Counted from the stretch's first letter, positions 1 through 14,250 are shown. The stretch: 64,000 nt of DNA from Octopus sinensis (GCF_006345805.1 NC_042997.1:6572001-6636000); one strand, 5' to 3'. The notes: a model not told the origin generated them from the letters alone. Numbers and translations are program-made.

Positions 1-719
1 AGAAACACGGTCGCACATGTTATTGGTTAATTAATGAATGTAATATATTTGTTAAATTTTCTTTAAGGCATCTCTTGTAGATCATATTTTTACATTTAAC
101 AGTATAAATATAATGAACAAAACAAAGGCATCGGAGGGGGTGATGTATACGCTGCGCGCAGATAATCTTTTTCTGAAATCATAGTGTAGCTTACAATGCG
201 TTGCTTACCCATGCTTTTTAATTGAACTGAATCAAGCTTCGTGTTTGACTAAAAGATGATTTGAAGCCTACGTATTTGACAGTTAAAAGCAGACTTCATC
301 GATGTCTACTCCAAACGTATACGAGTAAAATTTGCATATGACTAAATAAATAATTATTCAAATAATAATCATGACAGGGGAAAAGAAAGTGAACAAAAGG
401 AAATACATATAGAAAATATTTCACACAACTTGATAACTCTTTTCAACGTCTGTCAATGATGGCAAGCGAAGCAAACGTTTTGTAGTTCGCTGTAGGATAT
501 AAATATGATTACTTGCTTATCGGAAAATTTGTAGGTTCGAGATTGTTATTAAAATTTAAGTTGTTTATATAATTGTTTTGTATCACCATTAAAAGTACGT
601 ATACTCCGGTGAAATTAATAAAGCAACTCATAAATAAACAAAGCCCTCTAGTCAATCCCTATATACAGACACACACAGACAAATATAATCGCATGTCTAT
701 GTATTTATGTATGTACCCA

Positions 720-955
720 CTCATAACGGAGGTCTCGAGGAGAAAGCTGGCCCTTTGAAATACAAGTACAACAGAAACAGGAAGAAAGAGTGAGGGAAAT
801 TTGTGGTGAAAGAGTACAGCAGAGTTCAGCACCACACTCCGCCGGAACATTGTGGAGCTTTATGTGTTTTCGCTCAATAAACGCAATGCCCGGTCTGGGA
901 ATCGAAACTGCGATCCAACGACCATGAATCCGCTGACCAAACCACTGGGCTTCCA
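720..955 (-). mobile_element. tRNA-derived SINE, 5' half (same family as 4355-4727)
   Basis: Minus strand has a tRNA-like head (ccagtggtttggtcagcggattcatggtcgttggatcgcagtttcgattcccagacc); the body matches 4500-4720 (ggccctttgaaatacaagtacaacagaaacaggaag). Confidence 0.75.
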
Positions 956-2824
956 CTAGTTCGGTAACATAGTCTAATGAAGAAATGGGAAAATATTCAC
1001 AGTAGCTGCAGTATATCAGAGTTACATGATTGTCGCCAATAAACTTTTTTCCGCTTGATAATGTTTGTTATTTCACTAAACATCTGTGGTGCATTTCAAT
1101 ATATATTTTATATAACTTTGTGTAACATAGGCATTTTATAGTGTAAAAGAACTGACGAACTAATTTCCAAACAGTCACACAAATATCATCTGTTGTATAC
1201 GTGGTATCATTTATTATATGCTCACCTGATATATTTCTGGGCAAAAATGATCTCATTAGCTGCTATGTTAAATAATTCATTAATTTGTAGGGAAAATGCT
1301 AATAAACAGCTAAATTAAAACGTAGATATTTGTATTATTTATTGATTAATGCCGCAATTCAAAACTCTACTATTTGTGCGAAAATCAAAATGAAGAATTT
1401 CACACATACATCGTTTAATTTATAATTATTAATTATTGTTCCCGTTGCTGTCTATATAATCTATAATATTTTTATGAAACATAATAACAATGTTCCGTTG
1501 TAGAAAAAAAACCAATACCTGGACTTAAGATGAGAGAAAATAATGACTGTTGAAGTACAAATTAAAAAGAATGGTATGTAAAATTTATCTGTACATTGCA
1601 ATACATTAGTATGTCCACACTCGATCGCACACACACACGAACAGAAACATATTCTTATATGTATGTATATTTAAGTATACACATGCGTATCTCTGAATTA
1701 GTGTGCACACCTACATACATGTAACATATCCAGACGTACGTGCACGCGCACTCACTTATACGTAAATTACAGTATGACGAATACCCGCACTTTATTACGT
1801 CATATACGACTGGCAGATTTTAAGCATGTCTTAAGACAGTGCACGAATATACATACGTACATACACACAGACAAACAAGCTCACATACAATATGCATATA
1901 GTGATAAATATATAAATGCATATAGTTCTTTTAAATTGATGTTTAAGGGAAATAAAACAGTTTGCCTTTTCATTTTGCCGCCGTACATTTGATTTATTGG
2001 CGCAGGTTTATTAATGAGCCTTTAAAATGTGGACTGGCAGAACTGATAGCACTCCTGACGAAATGCTTAGCGCCATGTCTTCCGCTTTTTCAATATTCGA
2101 TTGAATTCAGATATGTCAATTTGCCTCACGGGCTTTCAAGTTCGATAAAAGAAATACCAGCCAAAAATGTGGGTCCATATAATCGACTTGCCTTCTTTCC
2201 GTAAAAGCTTCAGGCTTAGTACCTATAGTAGAACGTATGAGCTTTTTCACATTATACGAAAAAATTGTGTGGTTTTCAACGGATATGTTAATTAATCCAC
2301 CTTTTAACTTATCCGATGTTATAGAGAGTAAAGTGACCTATTTTGAAAAACTACAAAGTTTATACCCTTTGAATATCTAATTGTTACTAATCGCAATTTA
2401 CATAGACGACGAAAATAAATTTTTTGCTTAGGTCTAAGAAAGAAGGAACAGGCCATATCGACTTCGTTCTTTCTGCTGCTGGTGTAATATAACCTTGTTC
2501 TAAATGCTGCTTACTTTTCGAAGGAATACCATGTCTTTCGTTGACGTTTGATACCATTGCATGATATCCTAAACATATGTGTTGAATGGTTTATACAGAA
2601 GATTTGTGGAGGGACATGAAAATTAAGCAGCAAGCACAACGCGTGAAACTTTGGGAAAGGGGCTAGTCAAATACATCGACTCCAGTAGTACTAATTTGAA
2701 AGACCCTAAAAGGATGACAGGCAAAGTGCACTGGGTCGTTGTAATCGACTAGCCACCTCCCACAAAGATTCAAGTCTTTTACCTATAGTAGTAAGGATTA
2801 TTATCTTTATTATTATTACTATTA

Positions 2825-3000
2825 TTTCCTTTGCACAGCTTCGAACGCAGGAGATGTACTACGCAGTTCACTACCAGTGAACTAAGGTAACACCTCTTAT
2901 TTTCGAGAGCCTTCCGGAGTATTCGAGCGGTTCCATGCAGTGCTGTTTTCTGCAGGAGCTCCACCCTTATTGCAGTCTCTATTTGTTCCATGTACTTCTC
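2825..3000 (-). mobile_element. R4/Dong non-LTR retrotransposon, extreme 3' end fragment
   Basis: Encodes LLQKTALHGTARILRKALE, the C-terminal motif also seen in the other Dong copies here; runs into an AAT-rich tail. Confidence 0.7.
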
Positions 3001-3013
3001 ATATTAATATTCT

Positions 3014-3014
<1 letters not shown>

Positions 3015-3087
<73 letters not shown>
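3015..3087. repeat. (ACT)n microsatellite
   Basis: Directly visible. Confidence 0.95.
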
Positions 3088-3648
3088 TCGCTAGCGCTGG
3101 TCATGTATTTCGCAGCTCCCTAAGTGTGTAATTACTTTACCTTTAAAATGACTGTTATTGTAGCAATTTTTTTATTTATTTGGGAGTAAGTTAATCTTGA
3201 TCATATTGGTCTTATTAACAAGGTTATTATTTTTATTCTTTGTGTTTTGCTCTGCAGGGAAAACACCACTGGAAAAGAAAAGAAATTTTCCTTTTAAAAT
3301 TTGCAAAATTTAATATGAATTTGTTTTTGTTAGCAAGTCAACAAGAGGGGGAAGTGGGAGGAGATGCAGGACACGAAATTGTTTTTCGCCGTCACTCACC
3401 CACCCCTACTCACTCTAGATATGAATGATAGTGTTAGTAGCAGGTGGAGCAACAGCGATGACGACAACAACAACCAGAGTGGAAGTGTCAGGAATAATGA
3501 GAATTCGTTGGAGGAAGCATGAAATATTACTAGCAGCAGCCAATTCTGCAAAGAAAATATTACCACCATCACCATCACTACGACCATCACACAAATTACT
3601 AAACTACGAACAAAGAAAAGGAAGATTCAAACAGAAATAACGTTTCTT

Positions 3649-4064
3649 ATTTCTTTACTACCCACAAGGGGCTAAACACAGAGAGGACAAACAAGGACAG
3701 ACAAAGGGATTAAGTCGAATACATCGACCCCAGTGCGTAACTGGTACTTAATTTATCGACCCCGAAATGATGAAAGGCAATGTTGACCTCGGTGGAATGG
3801 GAACTCAGAACGTAGCAGCAGACGAAATACCTATTTCTTTACTACCCACAAGGGGCTAAGCATAGAGGGGACAAACAAGGACAGACAAGGGGATTAAGTC
3901 GATTACATCGACCCCAGTGCGTAACTGGTACTTAATTTATCGACCCCGAAAGGATGAAAGGCAAAGTCGACCTCGGCTGAATTTGAACTCAGAACGTAAT
4001 GCCAGACGAAATACGGCTAATCATTTCGCCCGGCATGCTAACGTTTCTGCCATCACGCCGCCTT
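3649..4064 (-). mobile_element. tRNA-derived SINE with a duplicated 3' part, flanked by a 20-bp target-site duplication
   Basis: Head gcggcgtgatggcagaaacgttagcatgccgggcgaaatg and core gtcgactttgcctttcatcctttcggggtcgataaattaagtaccag; aaacagaaataacgtttctt occurs at 3629-3648 and 4065-4084. Confidence 0.9.
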
Positions 4065-4354
4065 AAACAGAAATAACGTTTCTTTCACAAGAGTTGCAAA
4101 TAAGTTTAAAATTATGTCGTTAAAAGATAAGGAAGTATATTTAAAGAATCTGAGAAGATTATAAGACGTGAAATTCGAAAGTTAACAGTACATGTGCCTC
4201 AAAACCTGCCAGAGGTAACATTAGAAAGAAATCATGTACAGATGCAACTGTTGAAGCAGAAGCAGCAACATCAACATAGACAAATGGACACAAAAGCTTC
4301 CACAGAAGCCTCTACCGTGCCAGCAGCAGCTACAAGAACGACTGTGGAAGCACT

Positions 4355-4727
4355 CCGTCGGTTACGACGATGAGGGTCCGGTTAATCCGAATCAACGGAA
4401 CAGCCTGCTCGTGAAATTAAAGTGTAAGTGGCTGAGCACTCCACAGACACGTGCATCCTTAACGTAGTTCTTGGGGATATTCAGCGTGACACAGAGAGTG
4501 ACAAGGCCGGCCCATTGAAATACAGGTACAACAGAAACAGGAAGTAAGAGTGAGAGAAAGTTGTGGTGAAAGAGTACAGCAGGGATCACCACCATCCCCT
4601 GCCGGGGCTTCGTGGAGCTTTCAGGTGTTTTCGCTCAATAAACACTCACAACGCCCGGTCTGGGAAACGAAACCGCGATTCTATGACCGCGAGTCCGCTG
4701 CCCTAACAACTGGGCCATTGCGCCTCC
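4355..4727 (-). mobile_element. Full-length tRNA-derived SINE
   Basis: tRNA-like head with A/B-box-like motifs at 4660-4727; its 3' part also appears at 48270-48450. Confidence 0.8.
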
Positions 4728-5559
4728 ACACACAAGAACGACTGGAGTGGGAAACAATTGCACAACGTAATGTAGGATGCACACCAGTAGCAATAACAAC
4801 TACATAACAAACAGCAACAACAACGGCAGCAACAGAGAACTCCCAACAAAAGTAATGAGAATATCATTAAGAACGCCAACAATAAGACAAATATCTGCGG
4901 AAGACATAACTCTCCCCAATTCGGTCAACGAAATCGACGAAAACAAGGAGAGATAGCCATGGCAAAGTCACACGAAAAGGAATGAAAAGACGGAAGAGTA
5001 CAAATGATAACCAGAAAAAAAAATCAAGCAATAAGAGAAAATGGAGAAGGAAACTTACAGTAACAACAGCACTCCATGCATAAACTCACCTACACACACA
5101 GAGGCAAAAATAAAATCATACCCACCTCTACCACCACAACCATCACAATCAAAGCACTGTCTACATACACAAGAAATGGACTCCATTCAACCAAATGATC
5201 ATAAACGAGACATTATAGATCTCACAGCTATAAGCACAAAAAATAACGGATTAATAGATCACTCCTCAAATATGGATATTAATGAATCTAACTAAGTCAT
5301 ATTACCCACAAATATCCTGTCACGTATAAAGATATTCAAAGCTACTGAAAGCAAATACAAAATTTTGAAATCTAGATATTTCCACTTCCTCTTTGGCCAA
5401 GGCCTCTTTCACATGAACCTCAATATCAGGCTTTGCTAAGAACTGCTGCGAGGGAAAACCCACATCCAAAGAGGGGGACGGAGTACGCACACCCACTCCC
5501 CTACAAAGCTTTGGTAAGTACCTCTCGGCTATTTTCTAGCATTCTGATTGTCCAGCATA

Positions 5560-7360
5560 GTATTGCTTAGAGTGGGCAGTATAAACGTACGTGGCCTGGG
5601 GACGTCATAGAAGCAAGGACGCTTGCTCAATGACCCCAGGTGGCGAAAAAGCTGTCAGTTAAACCAGGACCTCGGACACGCGCTACTTAGCGCCCATTTT
5701 CAATGATTATGATAATTTACATCTCTTAGTCGACCGGGAATTGTTGGGTGGTGTTGCTCAGAAAATACCTGGATCTTGAGATACGTTCGGTCCTCCCGCG
5801 ATCTGCTGAGCAAGGATGCGAAAGAGGTGTTTCAGCGTATGCGGACGATGTAATCGTGATAGTGTCAATGGCTCTGAAATAGAAATGGACAACCCTACGC
5901 TAAAGGAATACGAAGCGGTGACAGAAGCAACGATTAAACACGGGAAATCAGTGGGCCCGCATTTTGGCACCTGGGGAGGAAGGTCCATGCCGAAAGTCAG
6001 CGTTGTAGGGCGCTGGACAGAAGGACTGGTTAAGTTGCTCGAAATCTCGTTTAATTCGGACAACCAAGTAGATAGATTGGCCAGATCGTTTGGCCGGTCA
6101 CACCCAGCTATAGGCCGAGAGGAAGCTGTCACTCAAAGGTTAGGCAGAGGAGGCGAATGCGTACATCGCATCCGTCATATACTACTGTCCCTTGCCCCAC
6201 TTCGAGTCTAAACAAGCTGATATGCTTGCTCTTCTGCTTCTTGAAGGGAAGTGTACCGCTTGTCAGACGATCCATTTCCTGTCAGCATCCGTTGCATGGA
6301 GGCTTGGGCATGCCACGGTTGACGATGCTCCAACATGCGCTAGGCTGCGACATGTCTAGCGATATCTTAGCGGTGAGCAAGTGTTTCCACAGCTCGTATC
6401 CTTAACAGAGCTAAATTTGTGGCTCCTGTGTTATCCCAGACAGGGCGCTTGGCACCTAGAATATCTCCAAGGGCTCAAAGCCCTCAGTCAGTCGGGAAAT
6501 GCGGTCGGTGGAATTCCACTTTGGCGTTCTGTAGGTGATTAGTGGAAAGTAAGAGTAACGACGATCTGGTAGAGACACTGGGCGTTGAGAGGGATCAGCT
6601 GACTAGTCTTCTCCAGACGACTTTCAGACTGGGACCTATGGATAATTTCCAGAAATCTTTGTCGTGACAGTGCAACCGGGGGTGCTGCCGGTAAGCTCTA
6701 CGGGCACAGATGTGCAGTCATACAATATATCCGAGGCGCATGTAGAGTGACGAAGCCGTTCTGCATGCACTAGTACAATGTCCGTTGATTGCTGACTTGT
6801 GGGGCTTCGTCGAACAGTTATTGTTACGCGTAGGACGGATCTGGCTATCGTCCGAATCAATCATGAAGATTGCACAGCTACCTTTCTTTGGCCGGGACGG
6901 AAAGGCAGGTTTTCTTTCTCTGGTGACTATGATGAAAGAGGTTGTATGGTGGACGCGATTTAAATGTTTGAAGAAGGTACCTTCCTCTTTGGCCAAGGCC
7001 TCATTGAGATTTTCGGGTTACACCTGAAAAGTAAGGTGAGACTGGAGAGGGAGGTGTTGTCACCCAAAAATGTTCGCCGAAAGGTGGGGGAATGTAACGA
7101 GAATAACCCGTGTGAAAGGGCTTACTGTAAGTGTGCGCCTGTATGCCGGATGTAGTGTGGAGCAAATAGGTGCCATCAAAGTGGGTGGGGTGGCTTTGGT
7201 CATCTCTCGGTGGGTACCCCACTGCTATTGTGGAGTTATATATTGTTAATTATTTTGTTTTGCTGTTTACACATTAACCTCACTCTCCCTCGTCTGCGTA
7301 TCGTCCTTTATGGTTGGTGTTCAGCTTTGCTGGCCAAACAAGAAAGAAGAAATTAATCAT
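5560..7360 (+). mobile_element. Decayed L1/Tx1-clade LINE ORF2 plus 3' UTR, with a large internal deletion
   Basis: APE start LRVGSINVRGLG..KQGRLLND (~5565); RT motif VSAYADDVIVIVS (~5830); LKEYEAVT..GKSVG and GRWTEGLVKLL; post-RT QHPLHGGLGMP (~6285); zinc-knuckle remnant DEAVLHALVQCP (~6750); terminal HLKSKVRLEREVL. Many stops and frameshifts. Confidence 0.88.
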
Positions 7361-7424
7361 TATTATTATTAGGTAATCGAATATCCCCCGCCCCCAAATT
7401 GCAGACGTAGTGCCTATAGTAGAA

Positions 7425-7590
7425 TGATCAGAGGTACACATATACTCAGCTACTACGAGACATGCTCAACTGGTTAAAGTCACACAAATGCCAAGCAATT
7501 CGGTGGTATTAAGCAGAACATTTGCTGTAGCTCATCTTTTGTGCAAAGATAAAACAATATACATGATAACGCTAGAGGCAGTTTACATCA
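7425..7590 (-). mobile_element. Fragment of the ~575-bp (AAT)n-associated non-coding element
   Basis: gacatgctcaactggttaaagtc...atttgctgtagctcatctt matches 21535-21640. Confidence 0.7.
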
Positions 7591-8859
7591 GAAGCGATGA
7601 GAGCCTCTGTCTGATTATTCTGATAACTATTATTGCTATTATTATTATCATTATCATTATTATTGAAACACGCCCGAGCACGTATGACTTGTATATGTGT
7701 GTGCGTGTGTGTGTATGTGTGCAAGTGTGTGAGTGTGTCTTGTATCTAACTGACTCTCTTCCTAACAATATGCACATACGTCCATATATATGTGTGCGTG
7801 TGTGTATGTATATACGTACAAAAATATAACTATATTGATTGTGAGATACGTTATACTTCATAAATCGTAGATATATCAATATTTGTTATTTGTTCTACAA
7901 ATATTTATATAGGAAATATATTATTCTTTGAATTATGGACATTCTTCTTAGTTTTATAGGTGTTTTGTTTTTACTAGCTTAATTTTGTTATTGTTCACCG
8001 ATATAAAACCTGACATAATTCCAATTAATACCTTTATCCACAATTGTATCACTCACGTTTGATAAATTGTGACTGGTATTACCGAATTGTGTGAGATTCC
8101 ATACACACACACACACACACACATACATGTATGTATGTATATATATATATATACATACATACATACACACACATATATACATAAATAAAGACAGAGAAAA
8201 GGAGAGAGAGAGAGTTGGTTATATAGACATAAATATACATAACTGTGTCTGTGTGTGGGTGTTTGTTTGTCCGTGCCAGTACGTAACTATACTTATACGC
8301 TTATATAAACATATTGTTTGCAATAATTTCATATATATTTTTTGGCGATATATGTGTTGCTGAGTTTAACAAAAAATATCTCTTATTAGATAACATTCCC
8401 GATTCAAAGAGAATTGAAATATAAGCATATATTGGTAGATTTAAATTTAGACGACGTATGCGAATGTAAAGATGTGATGTTTCATTGTAGAATTTTGCAT
8501 CGAATTCATCCAGCAACATGATTTCTGAAGTAAATATATACTTAGCAAATAACGACTCAAAATCATGTCTTCTATATATTTGGTGTAGTCTGTTCATATC
8601 TGAAGTATAAAGTCATGATGTGTCAGCTAAAATAACTGTATTTCTAGCATCATCTGTGCAGTTTATACTGGAACTGGTTATAGTCTTGCAAGCAACATTG
8701 ATAGTAACGCAATCATATATGCTAGCACTCCCAAAAACACACGGTCTATATATACACAGATTTATTAGTGGCGGATTACCAATCCTGGAAAATACTTTAT
8801 AAGCTAAGCTCTTAGTACACCAGACTAACAATATTGTTTAAATTACTGAAGAAGTTCGG

Positions 8860-9650
8860 TTATTCTAGTGGCAGTTTCCGAGGATATATTTCCTCGCCAT
8901 TCTATATTGTAAATCTACGGTTGTGTCCGAGTTGTACTGATGTTTACAGAGAGAGAGATACAAGACAAGATATAAATTATGGTCATTACGCATTTTTATT
9001 TATCATAGTAAATTCAACTTGCAGCAATTTTCAGTAGTCATAATAGTTTCATTAATGATATTGTTACTCAATCGGCCCATTGATGTAATGAGAAAATTTC
9101 AACGATCTAAAAAGTTATTGCTACTTTCGTCGGAGTCATTTCTAGTGATAACGAGCAGAAAACTAAAGAATAGTACCAGCTTGCGGAGGTGGGGAGATGT
9201 GAAAAAAAGGCAATAAGAATAAGTATAATGTAAGTGGAAGCGAGATAAAGAGGAATAGGAAAGAGAAGTGATGACTTGAAGAAAAAGGACTACAGTCAAG
9301 AGAAGAAAAACAGGAAGAGATGACGGAATACAACAAACAGAGGAGAAAAGGCATTTGATAGAAAATAGCGTAGAAGATGACCTAAATTGCGGAAGGTACC
9401 AGAAGTCTCATGATGTTCCTCTTATGCTTACTTTGATCGCAGTAGCTTTTGTTTGTTCCTCAAGCGTAAGGGGATGATGAATGGGCTGTAGCAAGTGTCC
9501 TGGACACTTTCACTTTGGAGGACATCCATAGGGTGACTGGAGTGCTACAAGCGCATTGGCCTCAATTGATCCTACATAGAAGGAATTACAGTTATGTGGA
9601 TTTTTGAATTTACTAAATGTGTCTCTTGAAAAACTTTCAAAACTTCTGAA
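8860..9650 (-). mobile_element. Highly decayed Penelope-like 3' end (GIY-YIG remnant, pyrimidine-rich tail, degenerate hammerhead footprint)
   Basis: Minus-strand HNCNSFYVG at ~9570-9600 resembles the YIG half of the GIY-YIG motif; order of parts matches other PLE ends in the window. Confidence 0.45.
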
Positions 9651-10098
9651 CCTTATACATATTTAAACAATGCCACGCAATTTGTCCTGAGATAGAAAGT
9701 AGAAGAGGTAGAGAAAGAGAGAGAGTGAGAGAAGGGAAACAGACAGGCAGAGAAATAGAGAAGTGACTCGAAGATAGATATATACAGTCCAATGTTATTT
9801 AGAGGATTCAAACTATGTGTTAGGTACAGTGAATATATAGAAAGGTTTGCAGGAACTTCAATGCAGGTACTCGTATAATACTATATATCGTTTATGACTA
9901 CATATCATGTAAGCGAATCATTACACGCCTGGCCGTCAGAATACTTTTGCAGAATGTAAGGGAATTCATTATTTTTACTTCATCAAAGACAAATCAGTAT
10001 TTCATGACTATTAAAAATGTATACAAACTTTTGTTTGGGATACGATATTATTGACTTACAACATGGGTTAATGAAATAATTGTGATATATATATATAT

Positions 10099-10266
10099 AG
10101 GCGCAGGAGTGGATGTGTGGTAAGTAGCTTGCTAACCAACCTCATGGTTCCGGGTTCAGTCCCACTGCGTGGCACCTTGGACAATTGTCTTCTACTATAG
10201 CCTCGGGGCGTCCAAAGCCATGTGAGTAGATTTGGTAGACGGAAACTGAAAGAAGCCCGTCGTATA
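10099..10266 (+). mobile_element. tRNA-derived SINE, 5' half, running into (TA)n(TG)n
   Basis: aggcgcaggagtggatgtgtggtaagtagcttgc...ccgggttcagtcccactgcgtggcacc...gaaagaagcccgtcg; same family as 44284 and 62253. Confidence 0.9.
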
Positions 10267-10270
10267 TATG

Positions 10271-10317
<47 letters not shown>

Positions 10318-10838
10318 ATGTGTGTTTCTGCGTTTGTATGTGTTAGTGTGTGTGTGTGTGTTTGTATGTCTATATTTGCGTGTGTATGTACGTATATATG
10401 TCAGTGTGTATTATTGTACGTATATTTCTGCATGCATATATATCCAAATATGCATGCCTATGCATATAGAAATAAAATAATGTATCAATATAATACAGGA
10501 AAAAAGAGTGCACAAGCGCGCAAATACATACACACATGTATTCCAGATGTTGATAAACTTAAACAGTTGTACATCAGATCTGAATTCCTGTGTTTACATG
10601 TCTATGTGCATAGACGAAATTAATGCATACGAAGCAGATATTAATTTAAAACGAAAAGAATTAGATTATTTTCACTTACTCCTACATCACAAAAGCAAAA
10701 GCAATGCTTTACCAAACCAGGTATCTGACTTTCTTCCATTCTTGCTTTATGTCTATATTATTATATTTTTACGAATGCCATATTTTTAACTTCCAAAATT
10801 ACATAACATCTGGCTCTGTGGAAAATAAATCGATATAT

Positions 10839-10910
<72 letters not shown>

Positions 10911-11286
10911 CTGTCTTAAACGTACAATAACCATTCTTAAATAAAAATTATTTAACGTGAAACCTTTTCGATTAATTACTATTTTATTGTTAATTTAAAT
11001 TACTTTATAGATTAAAAAAAAAAAGTCGCTTCTATGAATCGTGCTTGTTTACATATGATTCCAAACAATTCCCCGACAGATATTATTTAATAGATTGAAA
11101 GTAGGAAAAAAAATAACAGTAAACACTTAGAGAAAATATTTTTATAAATCCATACCGTAGCTTTAAAAGGAAAACAATTTTCAGGTCATAATTAATAGAA
11201 CTTTTAATAAAATATGATGTCGTAGCTGACAGTAAATCAATTTATTGACTCTGTCTCTAACCGTAATTTTAAATGAGAAGACGGAA

Positions 11287-11324
<38 letters not shown>

Positions 11325-11325
11325 A

Positions 11326-11371
<46 letters not shown>
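11287..11371. repeat. (AGT)n microsatellite
   Basis: Directly visible. Confidence 0.95.
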
Positions 11372-11372
<1 letters not shown>

Positions 11373-14250
11373 AAAGTATAAAGAAGAAAATCAACAATAA
11401 CGCTGTTTTTTTAAAAATCAAAGCAATGTTTGATACACTGATGATGTTGCTACTGTTCAACTATCATAGTTGACTATAAAAAATATCAATAAATGTGATA
11501 ATGATCAATTTAACATTTTTATTCTACATAATATACTGAAAGAAAAATATGTTGCGTGCGATTTATAAGCAGACGATATTAGGATATTTTGAGTTAGTTC
11601 ATTCGGGAAAATGTCTTCTTTTAAATAGAGACATTTAAAGGTAGAGTAATGTAACATTTTTAATACTATATATAGAACATCTATAATCAATAATCGATAG
11701 TTCTTGAATAACTTAATGTTCTTTATAAATACATATATATATTTATATATATATGAAATGAAATCAAAAATAAAATGTATATTAAAAAATGTTCTCAAAT
11801 ATATATAAACATGAAAATGAATTTCATATGATTCGCTTAATGTTCACTTCGATGCCTCTTATAAAAACGCAAATAAAAATGTTGGAAATAAATTGACATA
11901 ATCTGTATAAATATATCGATTTCAACGAAAAAAAGTAAACGACAAATAATGTATCCCTGAGCCATGAAATTTATTCCTGTTTTTTTTTTTCTTGTTGATT
12001 TACTATTATAGACAGCAGACATTTTGGAAAATTTTATGAGCTTTGCTTCGAAAGTATGAGGAACATCAACATATTTTAAGGTTCATCTCTTCGGAAGAAA
12101 TTGCAAATTGATCGATCTCCGAATGTTCATATTTATCTTGAAATATCTATAAACAAACAGACGGCCGACAAAATAAGAAATCGAAAAATTCAATAAGACG
12201 TTTGACAAACCGATTTTATGCACTTAACATGTTGGTTATTTTTCAAAATTTAATAAAAAAAATATTATTTTAAAAATTAAGTTAAGATTATGTATTTAAA
12301 TATAGTTCCACCAATAAAAGAGAATTATTTCCATAATTTTGTATAGAGGTGGATCAAAATATCTTATATGTGGATGAAAAATTATGCATATTATATAATT
12401 ATTATACATTTCTCTAAACAATAAGTAAATATGCTTTTCTGTAAATAGATACTCATTGTTCTTTTGCAGAAACATGCTTTGCTATTTCGTTAACAACGTT
12501 ATATTTATTTGGGGAATAGAAGAATTAGAGACGTGTGCATGAATAAAATCGATGTATATTGTGGTCATAAAAAGTGTAATAAGATGGGGAATTGCTTGCA
12601 ACAGAATTAAAACTAGATATTTATGTGCTCTTTCACTAGTCATCAATCTACAATTATTTGATATTATATGCATTATATAATACAGCTCTACATATTATTT
12701 ATCATTTGGACACGTATATCAAAATTTTCGTTTACACATTCCTTTAAAGAGAAAATGTAGACTTGTTACGTATTTTAGAATGATATCTATGAAGTATATC
12801 TATTTATATAGTGCATATATTGTACATTTGTAATCAATATTCATTGAGTCCTTCTAAGTCATATGTAATGGAAAACCAAAGAACACATATATCTACGAGT
12901 GAAAACAAATGTTAGATAGAAAGAATAGTTATTTTTCACAACAAAAGGGATAAAAAACCAAATATCTGACCCACGCTTTTCTCATTATTTTCATTAAAAA
13001 CATAGTAATAGACCTAAACTCTACGTTAAAATAGAATGATGACGGAAGGTTTATAAATACGATACATTGCTCAATTGACAATTGCACTTAGATAATTAGT
13101 AAAATCACATTGATAAACTCCTTCTGAGCCACTGAGTATGAAACAAGTATTGCATGAACAAGGGACCATTTATGTAATTCATACTGCATGGAAGTCTCGA
13201 AAAATATAGACACGAGATTTTTATTTATTTTCCCGTATTTCCTTCTTTTAAAACTTAACACTGTTATTGCTCATAAGAACCAGCTGGAAAAGACAACTGT
13301 AGTTTTTAGAAAAATTGGATTCAGTTTAGCACATAAATATGCATTAAAATTTTTAATAACAGTTTATAAAATAAATTTATTTTGAATAAAGTAGACAACC
13401 CCACCACGAAGGAAAAGAAACTTTAACAGCAATTAATACAGCAAATATAAGAAACGTTATAAATATTACAACGAATAACTATAACAGAGAAAAATTATTC
13501 TTAAAATGCAGTGCCTAAAAAGCTTATATATACACGATGATGAAAATTATTTCAAACTTATTCAATTCGCTGAATATTTTTTGTCTATGAATTAAAATCA
13601 TCTCGTTATATTGAAAACGGAGAAAACGCAAGTATTGCACCACACAACACACCACTACAGAGTTGCAATAATTGCATATTACCACTTCAAATTAAAATGA
13701 AAAGTAATATTAGTAGCTAATAACTAAAGGCTATCAAGCTGATACATATTATATATATATGTCCCAGTATATGTGATTGCAAAACTTTAGACACAATTGA
13801 CTTTGTACTCTAACTAATAACATTGATAATATATATATTGTATTGTTATTAAGTTAACTATTTTTTATCCTCTTATTTAATCGTCCATTTGACGTAAAGG
13901 TCGTTATGTGCGCCAGAAGCATCACTTTTTCTACGTTTATGGAAGTATCATGTGCCCAAAATGTAAAACAAATATCTCATCGGATTTTGTGATTATACCG
14001 ACAACGTGATCATGAATAACAATGACAATAATGAGCATAAACAGTAAACAAGTGTCACCTTAGTCTGTTGGCTATAGACAGCAGACACTTTCCATCATGC
14101 TCAGTAAAATAACCTGTGGGTTTTCATATAATGATGATGATGATAATGATAATAATAATAATAATATTAATAATAATAATAATAATATCAATAAAAATAA
14201 TTATAATCATCATCATAATCATTATTATTATTATTAGAACAACAACAACA

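Larger units (their letters stand above)
3420..5560 (+). mobile_element. Putative decayed ORF1 region of the downstream Tx1 LINE, interrupted by two SINEs
   Basis: Purine/A-rich coding-like sequence directly upstream of the ORF2 endonuclease start; no diagnostic motif recognised. Confidence 0.3.
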
